Shown: positions 1-9,563 of the stretch, in pieces | Layout of the letters: each line of letters begins with the position of its first letter | Position numbering within the stretch: the stretch's first letter is position 1 | Source of the DNA: Prevotella sp. | GTDB taxonomy: Bacteria > Bacteroidota > Bacteroidia > Bacteroidales > Bacteroidaceae | Reading direction: 5' to 3' | DNA: 64,000 nucleotides | Assembly: GCA_045600325.1 (NCBI GenBank) | Contig: JAZRXS010000086.1 | Span: 16 to 64,015 of the forward strand | Translations under genes and position numbers: made by a program | The notes under the pieces: model-generated | Told to the model about the DNA's origin: nothing | Seen by the model: only the letters and a program-made list of their open reading frames with translations | Databases searched by the model: none

Positions 1-3000
1 TCATTGGCTGCTGGAACTTCACTTCCTTCCAACCGTTGCCGGCAGAGAACTGTCCTTCAACGACTGTGCCTGCGTAGTTCTTTATGCCATCAGGAATCTG
101 GTTGTTGCGAGTCTTAGCCTTGACGATGTTGAGCTTGTCAATGAGAGGTTTTTCCAATCCTTCGCTTTGTGCTGCGTTTGGTCCTACTATGTCGAGAACA
201 ATGATCTCGTTCTTGCCTTTCTTAAGCCAACATCCAGGACAATAGAGTGTCTGCTGAGGACCAATCTCCCAGATCCTTCCGAGAGCATAGCCGTTGACAT
301 ACACCAAACCCTTGCCGAAAGTCTCGAAGTTGAGGAATGTATCAGCAGGTTTGATGACGTTGAATGAAGCCTTGTAATAGCCCGGAACACGGTCGCCATC
401 ATTAGAAGGAGAAATGCTTTCAAGCGGCTGATAGTTCTGCTGCTTGGCAAACTCGTAAGTGTCAGGAAGGAGATAGTTCTTCCAGTTGCGGAGGGAAGTA
501 GTGAACTTGTTGTTCTCAAGGTCTATTGTGAGGTCAACAGTTCCGTCGATGCCCTTGAAATCCTTGATGGCACGACCGAAGTTTATGCGTCCCATAGCCT
601 CCACGAGAAGGTCGAGCTTAGCCCCTTTCCTGCATGCAGGGAGAGTGATGTCTGTCTCGCCCTTAACGCGGTTGAGCACACCAATGTAACGTCCGTCGAT
701 GAACACCTGAACATAGTCGTGACCATTAGCGATGTGAAGCTTGGCAGGCTTCTGAATCTCAGGCAATGTTGTGCTGTAAAGGATGGAACCCCAACCTTGG
801 TCGAACTCTTCCATTGTCTTAATCTCGTCTGTCTCAATAGGCTGAGGGAGATTCTGGAAGATTGGAGCATATTCCGTGAAAGAGAACTTCGGAACAGTAG
901 TCACAGGAAGTGCTTTCGGAGCTGCTGGCAGAGGTTTGTCGGTATAGTTCTGGAGAAGACTGCGAAGCTCGTCATACTTAGGAGTTGTCTGTCCGTATTC
1001 GTTGATAGGAGCGTCGTAGTCGTAAGAAGTGACGTCAGGAGCAAAGCCTGGAGAGTTAGCGCCTGCCCAATGACCAAAAGACGTGCCGCCGTGAGTCATG
1101 TAGAGAGAGAACGAGATGTTGCGGTCGAGCATGTCCTTTATGCCGCCAACCATATCCTTCGAAGAGCGCGTTTCATGCTTTGCACCCCACTTGTCGAACC
1201 ATCCGCTCCAGAACTCAGAACACATCAGAGGAGCATCAGGACGCACTTCCTTAAGCTTGCGGAACTCGCGGTCGATGTTGGCACCAGTGCCGAAGTTCAT
1301 TGTCCATACAAGGTCGTCGAGACCATTGTTGAGGAAATTGCTTGACCAGTCGCACTGGAACAAGGCTGTTCTTCCGAAACCAACCTCACGAAGGCAGTCG
1401 CGAATCTCGCTGACGTAAGGCTTGTCAACGCCGTAAGAACCGTACTCGTTCTCCACCTGAACCATGATGATAGGTCCGCCGTTCTGTATTGTGAGAGGAG
1501 CAAGCTGCTTGCCAACTTCCTTCTCGAATATCTTAACGCGCTCAAGGAAGTAAGGGTCGCGCTCACGAAGCTTGATATCCTTCTTCTTGAGAAGCCACCA
1601 AGGCAGACCACCCATTTCCCATTCCGCACAAACGTAAGGACCAGGGCGAACTATGACATACATTCCGTTCTTCTGTGCCAAGCGGCAGAACTCAGCAACG
1701 TCGTTGTTGCCTGTCCAATCAAACTGCCCTTCCTTCTGCTCGTGGATATTCCAGAAGATGTAGATGCATATAGTGTTCATACCCAACGCCTTGCACATCT
1801 TAATGCGATGTTCCCAATAGTCGCGAGGAATGCGTGGGTAGTGTATTTCAGCAGCTTTCACGATGAAAGGATTTCCGTTGAGAAGGAATGTTCCCTTGCC
1901 AGCCTCGAAAGTGCCCTTAGCCTTAGGATAATTGATGAAATGAACACCTTCCGTTGCGTTATTAAGTTGTACGCCAGTAGGTTTGCCATTGATGAAACCT
2001 TCGCCGAGACAAGGGCGACGGTCGTAAACTCCCTTTGGATATTTCGTGACGTTCTGCTTCTTGATGTCAACATTGTCGAAGAAGATGTGATGCACCTTTC
2101 CTTCTGTGTCGGCACCGATGAAAGAACCGTTCTCGCTGAGTCCGCTGATGTTCTTGAAAGTGATGTACGAAACCTCTCCGCACTTGCCTTCTGTAGCACC
2201 CTTAGGGAAGCGCCATCCTGCATCCTTGTGGTTGCCTACTGCGCGAGGATAGCTTGTAACATAGATAGGTTCTGCCTTGCCCCACCATACGTCGCTGAAC
2301 AAACGGCATTCTACGTCTATGTTCTTGAAAGTCACGTTGGTAACAGTTCCTTCGTCACGGTTCTGTATGCCAAGACCACGGTTGCTCGCAGTGATCTTGC
2401 AATCCTCGAAAGTGACATTGCAGATGCTGTCCATGTTCTCGCTACCAATCTTGATAGTGCAAGAGCGACCAGTCATCACGCAGTTTCTAACGTGGATGTC
2501 GCGACACTGCTGAGAGAGCATTGTGATGCCCTTTGGATTAAGGTAAGTGAACGCCTGCATGTAGCCAGGACTATACTCACGACGGTTCTTCAAGCAGATG
2601 CAGTCGTCGCCGCTTTCGATGTGACAATTCCATATCTCAACATTGCGAGTGTGGTCGAGGTCAATGCCGTCGCCGTTGCGAATCTTGAGTTGGTTGAGGA
2701 GGTTCATGTCATGGATTCTTGCACCATCGCAACCTACGAGATGCACTGTCCAGTAAGCACCGTTCTGTATTGTAACGCCAGTGATTTCCGTGTTACGACA
2801 ACCGAAGAGTGTGAGAAGGTGTGGACGTGGGTCAAACTTTGGATCCTTGAGTTCCTTAAGCACATAGCTGTCCTCGAGTTCCGGTCCCATGAAGGCAATT
2901 CCATTTCCGTCGATAGAGCCTTCACCACTGATGGTAATGTTCTCTTCGCCGTTAGCCCAAAGCCAAAGCATGCCTTCGCCACGGTTGTCGCCGAAAGCAG

Positions 3001-3292
3001 ACATTGTGTAAGTAGCTTCGTTAGGGTCAGCAAGGAGTTTGCTGCCTTTATTGAACTTGTAGTTGATGTTGCCTTTCAGTTGCAAAGGACCACAGAGGTA
3101 AGTCTTGTTCGCAGCAAATTCCACGATGCCACCGCCCTTGCCGGCACATTCGTAGATACACTGCTGAACGGCACGAGTGTCGTCAGACTTTCCGTCGCCT
3201 TTCGCGCCATACTGTGAAGGAGAAAAAACATTCTGAGCCGTTGCTATCAATGGCATCAGAAAGAAGGATAGAAATAAGGTTATATTTTTCAT
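1..3292 (-). CDS. GH28 (polygalacturonase-like) - GH35 beta-galactosidase fusion, 3' end beyond window
   Basis: ATG at 3292 (MKNITLFLSFFLMPLIATAQ signal peptide), GAKGDGKSDDT, RNGDGIDLD and SGDDCICLK (GH28), continuing in the same frame via YPKAKGTFEAGK into AAEIHYPRIPRDYWEHRIKMCKALGMNT and MVQVENEYG (GH35). Absent from the ORF track because it has no stop inside the window. Confidence 0.88.
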   Translation of the reverse strand, partial: MKNITLFLSFFLMPLIATAQNVFSPSQYGAKGDGKSDDTRAVQQCIYECAGKGGGIVEFAANKTYLCGPLQLKGNINYKFNKGSKLLADPNEATYTMSAFGDNRGEGMLWLWANGEENITISGEGSIDGNGIAFMGPELEDSYVLKELKDPKFDPRPHLLTLFGCRNTEITGVTIQNGAYWTVHLVGCDGARIHDMNLLNQLKIRNGDGIDLDHTRNVEIWNCHIESGDDCICLKNRREYSPGYMQAFTYLNPKGITMLSQQCRDIHVRNCVMTGRSCTIKIGSENMDSICNVTFEDCKITASNRGLGIQNRDEGTVTNVTFKNIDVECRLFSDVWWGKAEPIYVTSYPRAVGNHKDAGWRFPKGATEGKCGEVSYITFKNISGLSENGSFIGADTEGKVHHIFFDNVDIKKQNVTKYPKGVYDRRPCLGEGFINGKPTGVQLNNATEGVHFINYPKAKGTFEAGKGTFLLNGNPFIVKAAEIHYPRIPRDYWEHRIKMCKALGMNTICIYIFWNIHEQKEGQFDWTGNNDVAEFCRLAQKNGMYVIVRPGPYVCAEWEMGGLPWWLLKKKDIKLRERDPYFLERVKIFEKEVGKQLAPLTIQNGGPIIMVQVENEYGSYGVDKPYVSEIRDCLREVGFGRTALFQCDWSSNFLNNGLDDLVWTMNFGTGANIDREFRKLKEVRPDAPLMCSEFWSGWFDKWGAKHETRSSKDMVGGIKDMLDRNISFSLYMTHGGTSFGHWAGANSPGFAPDVTSYDYDAPINEYGQTTPKYDELRSLLQNYTDKPLPAAPKALPVTTVPKFSFTEYAPIFQNLPQPIETDEIKTMEEFDQGWGSILYSTTLPEIQKPAKLHIANGHDYVQVFIDGRYIGVLNRVKGETDITLPACRKGAKLDLLVEAMGRINFGRAIKDFKGIDGTVDLTIDLENNKFTTSLRNWKNYLLPDTYEFAKQQNYQPLESISPSNDGDRVPGYYKASFNVIKPADTFLNFETFGKGLVYVNGYALGRIWEIGPQQTLYCPGCWLKKGKNEIIVLDIVGPNAAQSEGLEKPLIDKLNIVKAKTRNNQIPDGIKNYAGTVVEGQFSAGNGWKEVKFQQPM

Positions 3293-3333
3293 AAGGTTAT
3301 ATTTTAGGGAATTGATAGTGCGAATATCAGCTG

Positions 3334-3341
3334 CAAAATTA
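3334..3341 (-). promoter_or_regulatory. Bacteroidetes -7 promoter element (TAATTTTG)
   Basis: Matches TAnnTTTG, about 40 nt upstream of the GH28-GH35 start. Confidence 0.6.
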
Positions 3342-3419
3342 TACATTATTTATAATATATCAAACATTTTTGGTAATAAAGTGATGATTTTTGCAAATAA
3401 AGCTCATGCTTTAGCAACA

Positions 3420-3525
3420 ATAACTTCAGAGGTTTCAAAAAAGTCTGTATACAAACTCACTTCGGTTTTGTATACAAACTTCACTCGAGTTTGTATACGA
3501 ACTTTTTTGAAACTCTATGAGTTAT
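3420..3525. repeat. GTATAC palindrome array, copy 1 (23-bp period, flanked by AAACTC-N3-GAGTT-like units)
   Basis: GTATAC at 3447, 3470, 3493; similar to 28494-28599. Confidence 0.8.
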
Positions 3526-3591
3526 GGATTGAAAACAATGATGTTTTCTGTGAAAATTGGGCGTTTCTTTTGTCGTTTCAGGCAAATATTG

Positions 3592-3599
3592 TAAATTTG
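3592..3599 (+). promoter_or_regulatory. Bacteroidetes -7 promoter element (TAAATTTG)
   Basis: Consensus match 30 nt upstream of the GH92 ATG. Confidence 0.6.
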
Positions 3600-3628
3600 C
3601 ACCTTGAAAAAACACTCATAAATATTCT

Positions 3629-5920
3629 ATGCGCAACAGATACCTTCTCATATTTATCATTTGTCATTTATCATTTATCATTACACAGGCAGCTGCAAGC
3701 AACGATCTTACCCGCTATGTCGATCCGATGATCGGTTCGGAAGGAGTGGGTAGGGTAGTGATAGGTCCGTCGTGCCCATTCGGTATGGTCAAGCCTTCGC
3801 CTGATTGTACGGTTGCTCCCAATAGCGGTTGGCTACCGATGCCTACGCAGGTGAACGGTTTTTCGCAGACGCATGTCAGTGGAACTGGTGGCGGGCCGAA
3901 GTATGGCAATGTGCTTGTCATGCCTTACAACTCCCCTTCGCAGCACATCGTGGATGGTGAGACTACAGGCGACAATGCCTTTTGGGTTGACTACCGAATG
4001 TGGGAGAAATGCACACTCGGCTATTATGCTACGAAGTTCTCAAAGAGTGGCATAACAACAGAAGTGACAACCTCCGAGCGTGCTTCCATATATCGCTGCA
4101 ATTATCCTAAGTGGGGAGAGCATTGCATGGTTGTTGATGCTGGCTTCTTCCTTGGCGAGAATCCTGTTCCAAAGGCTCGAGAGGCGCAACAGTTTGAGGG
4201 ATCGTCGATGATGCAGATAGCGAACAATGCTGTTGGCGGTTTCACGAGTATCAGTGGCGGTTGGAACAATGGCGGGCAATATACTGTGTTCTTCTATTGC
4301 GAGACCTCGGAAGATTTCCTCTTGGCAAAGAAATGGGGTGAGTTTGATAATGATAAATTATTAATTATAAATGATGATTTAACACAAAACCAGACAAAGA
4401 CAGGTTGCGTTCTACGCTTTGCAAACAATCCAGAGCAGGTTTTGATGAAGGTTGGAATATCATTTGTGAGCATCGAAAAAGCAAAGCAGAATGCGTTGGC
4501 TATCAATGGTTTTGACTTTGATGGCACTCTCGCTTCGCTAAAGGCGAAATGGCAATCGTTGTTTGAGAGAATGACTATCAGCGACTCTGCTACGGATGCC
4601 CAGAAGCGAATGTTCTACACTGGAATCTATCACACGATGATAGAGCCAGTTGACCGCACTGGCGAGAATCCTAAGTGGACTTGCGACGAGCCTTACTACG
4701 ATGATTTCTACGCTCTTTGGGACACTTACCGTACATCTCTTCCGCTCATCACTCTCATCGATCAGCAGAAGGAGGTTGATATTGTCCGCTCTCTCATAGA
4801 CATTTACGAGCACGATGGCTACATGCCTGATGCTCGTAGCGGAAACAGCAACGGCAGAACGCAGGGAGGTTCCAATGGCGAAGTGGTGATAGCCGACGCT
4901 TTCGTGAAGAATCTGAAGGGCATCGACTACGAGAAAGGTCTTCGTGCTATGCTGAAAGATGCTGAGGTGGCACCAGCAGACGATGAAGCGGAAGGTCGCG
5001 GTGGATTGAAAGAATACAACGCTCTTGGCTTTGTTCCATACGGCATTGATAGAGGTGGCAATCGCACTGTGGAATATTCTCTCTGCGACTATTGCATAGC
5101 TGTTGTCGCTGATGGGCTGTACAGGCAAGGCTGTAGGGCGAAGTTTACTGAGCCGCTGAATATCATTGCTGATAAATATTTCAAGAAAGCCCACAACTGG
5201 CAGAACCTTTGGCGTTCTGATTATGAGCACGATGGTGTAAAAGGTTTCATCATGCCTCGCACAGCAGATGGCAAATGGATAGATGACGCTCCTTACGGTG
5301 ATCCTTCAATGGGAATGACTTTCCGTTATACTCCGAACACAAACGAGGCTCCCTGGAACAACAAATGGTGGGGAACTTTCTTCTATGAGGCTACTTCATG
5401 GGAGTATTCTATGAGCATGACTCACGACATCCCGCTGCTTGTTGAGGCTTGTGGTGGAAAGGAAAACTTTGAGAAGCGCCTTGACACGTTCTTCAATAAG
5501 AAATATTATAATGTGGGCAACGAACCTTCGTTCCTCTCTCCTTGCCTTTATCATTGGGCAGGAAAGCCGGACAAGACAAGCGAAACCGTCCACAGGATTA
5601 TCAATGAATGTTACAACGATTCGCCAAACGGACTTCCTGGCAACGATGATTCGGGCGCAATGAGTTCGTGGCTTGTATTCCATACGATAGGTCTCTATCC
5701 TAATGCCGGCACCGATGAATATATCCTCCATGCTCCAATGGTGGAGAGCTGCACGATGACGCTCGTCAATGGCAAGAAGTTCACTATTTCAGCCAAGGGA
5801 TTCTCGCCAAAGCGCACGCGAATAAGTCGCATCACTCTCAATGGAAAACCATATCCACATCGCACCATTAAGCACAGCGACATTATGAACGGTGGCAAGC
5901 TTGTGATGGAGATGAAGTAG
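3629..5920 (+). CDS. GH92 alpha-1,2-mannosidase family protein
   Basis: YVDPMIGS, PFGMVKPSPD, GFSQTHVSGTG, LWDTYR, TQGGSN, VGNEP, GLPGNDDSGAMSSW motifs; signal peptide. Confidence 0.92.
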   Translation: MRNRYLLIFIICHLSFIITQAAASNDLTRYVDPMIGSEGVGRVVIGPSCPFGMVKPSPDCTVAPNSGWLPMPTQVNGFSQTHVSGTGGGPKYGNVLVMPYNSPSQHIVDGETTGDNAFWVDYRMWEKCTLGYYATKFSKSGITTEVTTSERASIYRCNYPKWGEHCMVVDAGFFLGENPVPKAREAQQFEGSSMMQIANNAVGGFTSISGGWNNGGQYTVFFYCETSEDFLLAKKWGEFDNDKLLIINDDLTQNQTKTGCVLRFANNPEQVLMKVGISFVSIEKAKQNALAINGFDFDGTLASLKAKWQSLFERMTISDSATDAQKRMFYTGIYHTMIEPVDRTGENPKWTCDEPYYDDFYALWDTYRTSLPLITLIDQQKEVDIVRSLIDIYEHDGYMPDARSGNSNGRTQGGSNGEVVIADAFVKNLKGIDYEKGLRAMLKDAEVAPADDEAEGRGGLKEYNALGFVPYGIDRGGNRTVEYSLCDYCIAVVADGLYRQGCRAKFTEPLNIIADKYFKKAHNWQNLWRSDYEHDGVKGFIMPRTADGKWIDDAPYGDPSMGMTFRYTPNTNEAPWNNKWWGTFFYEATSWEYSMSMTHDIPLLVEACGGKENFEKRLDTFFNKKYYNVGNEPSFLSPCLYHWAGKPDKTSETVHRIINECYNDSPNGLPGNDDSGAMSSWLVFHTIGLYPNAGTDEYILHAPMVESCTMTLVNGKKFTISAKGFSPKRTRISRITLNGKPYPHRTIKHSDIMNGGKLVMEMK

Positions 5921-6025
5921 GCACAAAGAAATGGTTGCGACAATCATTTCTCAAATAATCTACCAACAATAGTTGTTTTCTGCAAAAAAAGCTATACCTT
6001 TGCAGCCTGAAATTAACAAAAAAAT

Positions 6026-7276
6026 ATGAAAAAGATACTTTTATCTGCGCTCTTTGCGCTTGCCGTAGCACCAATGTGGGCTGATGGCGAAAACACTTCT
6101 TCAGCCCTTTCAGACAAGGTTGAGGAAGGCACCGAGGACTTTGCTTCTGACGAACATCTTGAGGCAGGCTTCATCACAGAACAACTCAACAATGCCATCG
6201 AGAAGGCTATGCCTGCCGCTGCTGACGGCGATGTAGAGTATGGTCGCACAGTTACCGACTATATCTCAGCTCCAAAGTTTGGCGGTTATTTCATTGGCAA
6301 GTATGAATACAGCAGTCAGGACGGCAAGGACAGTGGCGCAGGCTTCTCTCAGCGTCTTGTCCGTGCATACGTTGACGGCAAGATTCTGAATGACTTCACT
6401 TATCGTATTCAGGTTCAGGTGAACAATGCTTCTTTCCACATGAAGGACTTCTTCGTTGAGTGGGGAAAGTACAAGGAGTTCAAGGTGAAGATCGGTCAGT
6501 ACAAGCGTGCCTTTGGTTTTGAGAACCCAATGAACCCATGGGACGTTGGAGATGGCGACTACTCTCAGCTCACAAAGAAGCTCACTGGCCATAGCGACTA
6601 CATCGGCTCTGAGAGCTCAAGCAACGGCGGTCGTGACCAAGGCATTCAGGTTCAGGGCGACCTCTTCCCTATGAAGGATGGTCATCGCCTCGTTCATTAC
6701 CAGCTTATGGTTGCCAACGGACAGGGCATCAACACAGCCGACGCCAACTCGCAGAAAGACGTTATCGGTACACTTCAGCTTCAGCCAGTGAAGGGACTTA
6801 CTGTAGGTTTCTTCGGTTGGACAGGCAATGCCACATACAACGGCATCACTGTTGACCGCAACCGCTACATGGTTTCTGCCAAGTATGACAATGCCGGTTG
6901 GACAGCTCGCGCCGAATATGCTCACTCTACAGGTCATAAGATTTCTGACTATTACACAGCTGCTGACGTAGCAAACTCAATGACTTTCGAGAAGGTTGCA
7001 GGAGCGCTCAAACCAAACGCAAGCAACGGTCGTGCAGACGCTTGGTACGCAACAGTCGGCGTTCCAATGACACCATGGCTCAAGACATACTTCAAGTATG
7101 ATGTCTATCGCGACAATGCAACTTCTGAAACCGCAAAGACCATCTACAGCATCTGTCCTAATATCCAGTTGCACAAGAACCTCATGTTCCAGCTCCAGTA
7201 CAACTATGTTCACGACAAGACTCTCGCAAAGAGCAACTACAGCCAGCTCTGGCTCGAGACATACGTGAGATTCTAA
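6026..7276 (+). CDS. Outer-membrane porin (OprO/OprP-like)
   Basis: Signal peptide, beta-strand pattern, IKIGQYKRAFG and GRDQG motifs, C-terminal F; TACCTTTG promoter at 5995-6002. Confidence 0.75.
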   Translation: MKKILLSALFALAVAPMWADGENTSSALSDKVEEGTEDFASDEHLEAGFITEQLNNAIEKAMPAAADGDVEYGRTVTDYISAPKFGGYFIGKYEYSSQDGKDSGAGFSQRLVRAYVDGKILNDFTYRIQVQVNNASFHMKDFFVEWGKYKEFKVKIGQYKRAFGFENPMNPWDVGDGDYSQLTKKLTGHSDYIGSESSSNGGRDQGIQVQGDLFPMKDGHRLVHYQLMVANGQGINTADANSQKDVIGTLQLQPVKGLTVGFFGWTGNATYNGITVDRNRYMVSAKYDNAGWTARAEYAHSTGHKISDYYTAADVANSMTFEKVAGALKPNASNGRADAWYATVGVPMTPWLKTYFKYDVYRDNATSETAKTIYSICPNIQLHKNLMFQLQYNYVHDKTLAKSNYSQLWLETYVRF

Positions 7277-7336
7277 TGTCATTTGCGATTATATAATTAA
7301 TTTACCAGTTACTTATTCATGTACCTAATAATACAT

Positions 7337-7406
7337 GTAGGGCGAGGATTTCTGAGCCACCATAATGCCATATAAAGGCAAAACGGCTCGAAAATCCTCG
7401 CCCTAC
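7337..7406. repeat. GTAG-type REP-like inverted doublet / terminator
   Basis: GTAGGGCGAGGATTT...AAATCCTCGCCCTAC followed by a T-run. Confidence 0.65.
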
Positions 7407-7576
7407 GTTTTTTCGGGAGAAGGCCTTTAGCCTTTGTCCTTCGCGATCGGAGCTTGCGAAACTCTTACCTTTGCAGGCGATTATAGAAATTGTTCTAAAT
7501 GTAAGATGTTAAAGTCTGTCATTTTGTTGCAATAACGGTTTTGATTTTATAGTTTTGCTAGAGATTATGATGAATC

Positions 7577-8935
7577 TTACATATCCTCCATTGAGAGTCG
7601 TCTTTTAGAGACTTCCTTTCCTCTAAACAAGCGTCGCTTCATCTCTGTTACTTTCTCGTCTAGTCGGGCAGGGGAGTACTTCTGCGGATTCCGCTTCACT
7701 TCGTATGCTTCAATATTTCCTTCAATCGTTTCGGCTACGATGTCAATCTCAAAGTCATCGCTGTTGCCCTTGGAGTTTACACCATTTGGTTGCCACCAAC
7801 CGCCTATCTGCTTGTATCGACAGCTTTCCATCATCTTTTGACGGAACCATCGTTCAAGGGCAATGCCTGAGAATGTTGTGTAATCGTTGGTTATGATATT
7901 CTCCAATGCAGGCATGTTTTGCAGTTCTATGAGTGCAGAATATCTGTGTATGTAGCGAAACCAGAAGCGGAAGAAGTTGTCTTGTATCTCATAGCGTACT
8001 GTCTGGCTGCCTTCCTTGGCACCGATTGGACGCTTTTTCTTGATGATACCGTATTTCTCTTCAAGAATCTTCATCTGCCCCCCAAGGCTCTTCATTCCAA
8101 GAGCACCCTCAATCTCGCTCTGCGTAACATCGCCGTGAGCTATCTGGTCGAGGATGCTGAAATACGTACCGTACTGTTTGCCGAACTCCTGAATAAGGAT
8201 TTTCTTACCTTCATCTACAAAGTAACTGTCACCGCTTGAACAAACGTAATGAATCATCTTCTTTACGTTAGTACAGCCGTTATTCATCAGGAGCTCAATG
8301 TAACGAGCAACACCACCTGTAATTGTCCAAAGTGCCAGCAAGTCTTCTGAGTTGTAATCTGGCTTGTGATCGCCAAGAATCTCTTTTATAGTTTCTGTAC
8401 TGAATGGCTTCAGTTTGATTGTGCAGTCATCCCTACCGAAGAGTGGCTGCTCTTCATCCTTGAAGATCTTTTCCATCATGCGGAAGATAGAGCCGGAAAC
8501 AATCAGACAGACGTTTGTCTGTTTCTTGTATTCGTCCCATAGTTCTTGCATGTCGCTGAAGATACCTGGATTTATGTTGTCAAACTCTTGGAACTCGTCA
8601 ATGAAGAGTGTGAACTTCTTGCGCTTGCCAATCTCCAGTATCATCTGGAAGAGTTCACGGAACGAGGTCATTCCATCTGGAACAAACTCGCCAAGCTTTT
8701 CGCGCACCTCCTGTACAAAGGTTCTGACCAGTACGGTTTCTGTCTTTCTGCCAACAAAGAAATACAGACCAGGAGCTTCTTCTTTCGTCTCGCTCATCAG
8801 CTTATAGACAAGACTTGTCTTGCCCACACGCCTTCTGCCTGTGAGTACAACAAATCGTGAGTAGTCGCTGTAAGCCTGACGCTGCAACTCCTTCATCTGG
8901 GTCATTTCGCGTGTTCTATCGTAGAATTTCTTCAT
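7577..8935 (-). CDS. AAA/archaeal-type ATPase with C-terminal DUF234/nuclease-like domain
   Basis: FYDRTRE, Walker A GRRRVGKT, IDEFQ, DNFFRFWFRY, C-terminal EIDIVA..EVK. Confidence 0.85.
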   Translation of the reverse strand: MKKFYDRTREMTQMKELQRQAYSDYSRFVVLTGRRRVGKTSLVYKLMSETKEEAPGLYFFVGRKTETVLVRTFVQEVREKLGEFVPDGMTSFRELFQMILEIGKRKKFTLFIDEFQEFDNINPGIFSDMQELWDEYKKQTNVCLIVSGSIFRMMEKIFKDEEQPLFGRDDCTIKLKPFSTETIKEILGDHKPDYNSEDLLALWTITGGVARYIELLMNNGCTNVKKMIHYVCSSGDSYFVDEGKKILIQEFGKQYGTYFSILDQIAHGDVTQSEIEGALGMKSLGGQMKILEEKYGIIKKKRPIGAKEGSQTVRYEIQDNFFRFWFRYIHRYSALIELQNMPALENIITNDYTTFSGIALERWFRQKMMESCRYKQIGGWWQPNGVNSKGNSDDFEIDIVAETIEGNIEAYEVKRNPQKYSPARLDEKVTEMKRRLFRGKEVSKRRLSMEDM

Positions 8936-8940
8936 AGAAT

Positions 8941-9025
8941 TTTATGGCCGTAAATTTTATGACTGTAACATTTGGATGCAAAATTACTAAATCAAGTTGA
9001 CATACACAAGATTTATAGTCGGAAA
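8941..9025. promoter_or_regulatory. Three quasi-palindromic 14-mers around the ATPase promoter (putative operators)
   Basis: TTTATGGCCGTAAA (8941), TTTATGACTGTAAC (8956), TTTATAGTCGGAAA (9012); -7 element on the minus strand at 8979-8986. Confidence 0.45.
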
Positions 9026-9159
9026 TCCAATGAAATTAACCTGGTAGCTTGAAAAATTATCATTTATCCATGAAAATTCTCTTTTGCTTACTGCGACTTA
9101 GGGTTATTTTTTTACAGAACAATTGTTATAACCACCCTTTTTATGTTTTTTTTGTGGAA

Positions 9160-9378
9160 ATTCCCCTCAATGGAATTCCCAAATTTATACTGAAAGGAAA
9201 TGTATCTAAAGAAGTGTTCAACAAAAGCCAAGACTCGTATAATGTCATCAATATGATGTCTGACTACGCGGATATATTTTCACCAACGCCATACATTGCT
9301 GGTCGGAAAATAGGACGTAACGATCCATGCCCGTGCGGTAGTGGTAAGAAATACAAGAAGTGCTGTGGTCAGGATTAA
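9160..9378 (+). pseudogene. Remnant of a SEC-C motif protein (C-terminal fragment; 5' boundary approximate)
   Basis: [21 protein letters not shown]; upstream part AT-rich with no convincing start. Confidence 0.55.
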
Positions 9379-9474
9379 TAATTGAGTAAGCACTGTGAAC
9401 CAAGATAATAAAGGTGAATTGAAGAATCTGGAAAAGAAACTGTGACAAATACGGAGTGGTGTAGAGTTGTAAAC

Positions 9475-9517
9475 AAAAAAGCGGTAGGGAACATGATGTT
9501 GTTCCCTGCCGCTTTTT
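9475..9517. terminator. Bidirectional intrinsic terminator after atpG
   Basis: AAAAAAGCGGTAGGGAACA...TGTTCCCTGCCGCTTTTT. Confidence 0.75.
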
Positions 9518-9563
9518 ATTATTGTGCGAATGATGTTTAGTTGTTGATAGAACCGCCCGACGT

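Noticed and set aside
719..3217. Long + strand ORFs (491 aa, 208 aa)
   Set aside because: Antisense shadows of the GH28-GH35 gene; no recognisable motifs
3312..3731. 139-aa ORF, and similar short ORFs over 28397-28696
   Set aside because: They read through the palindromic repeat arrays and promoters; no coding signal
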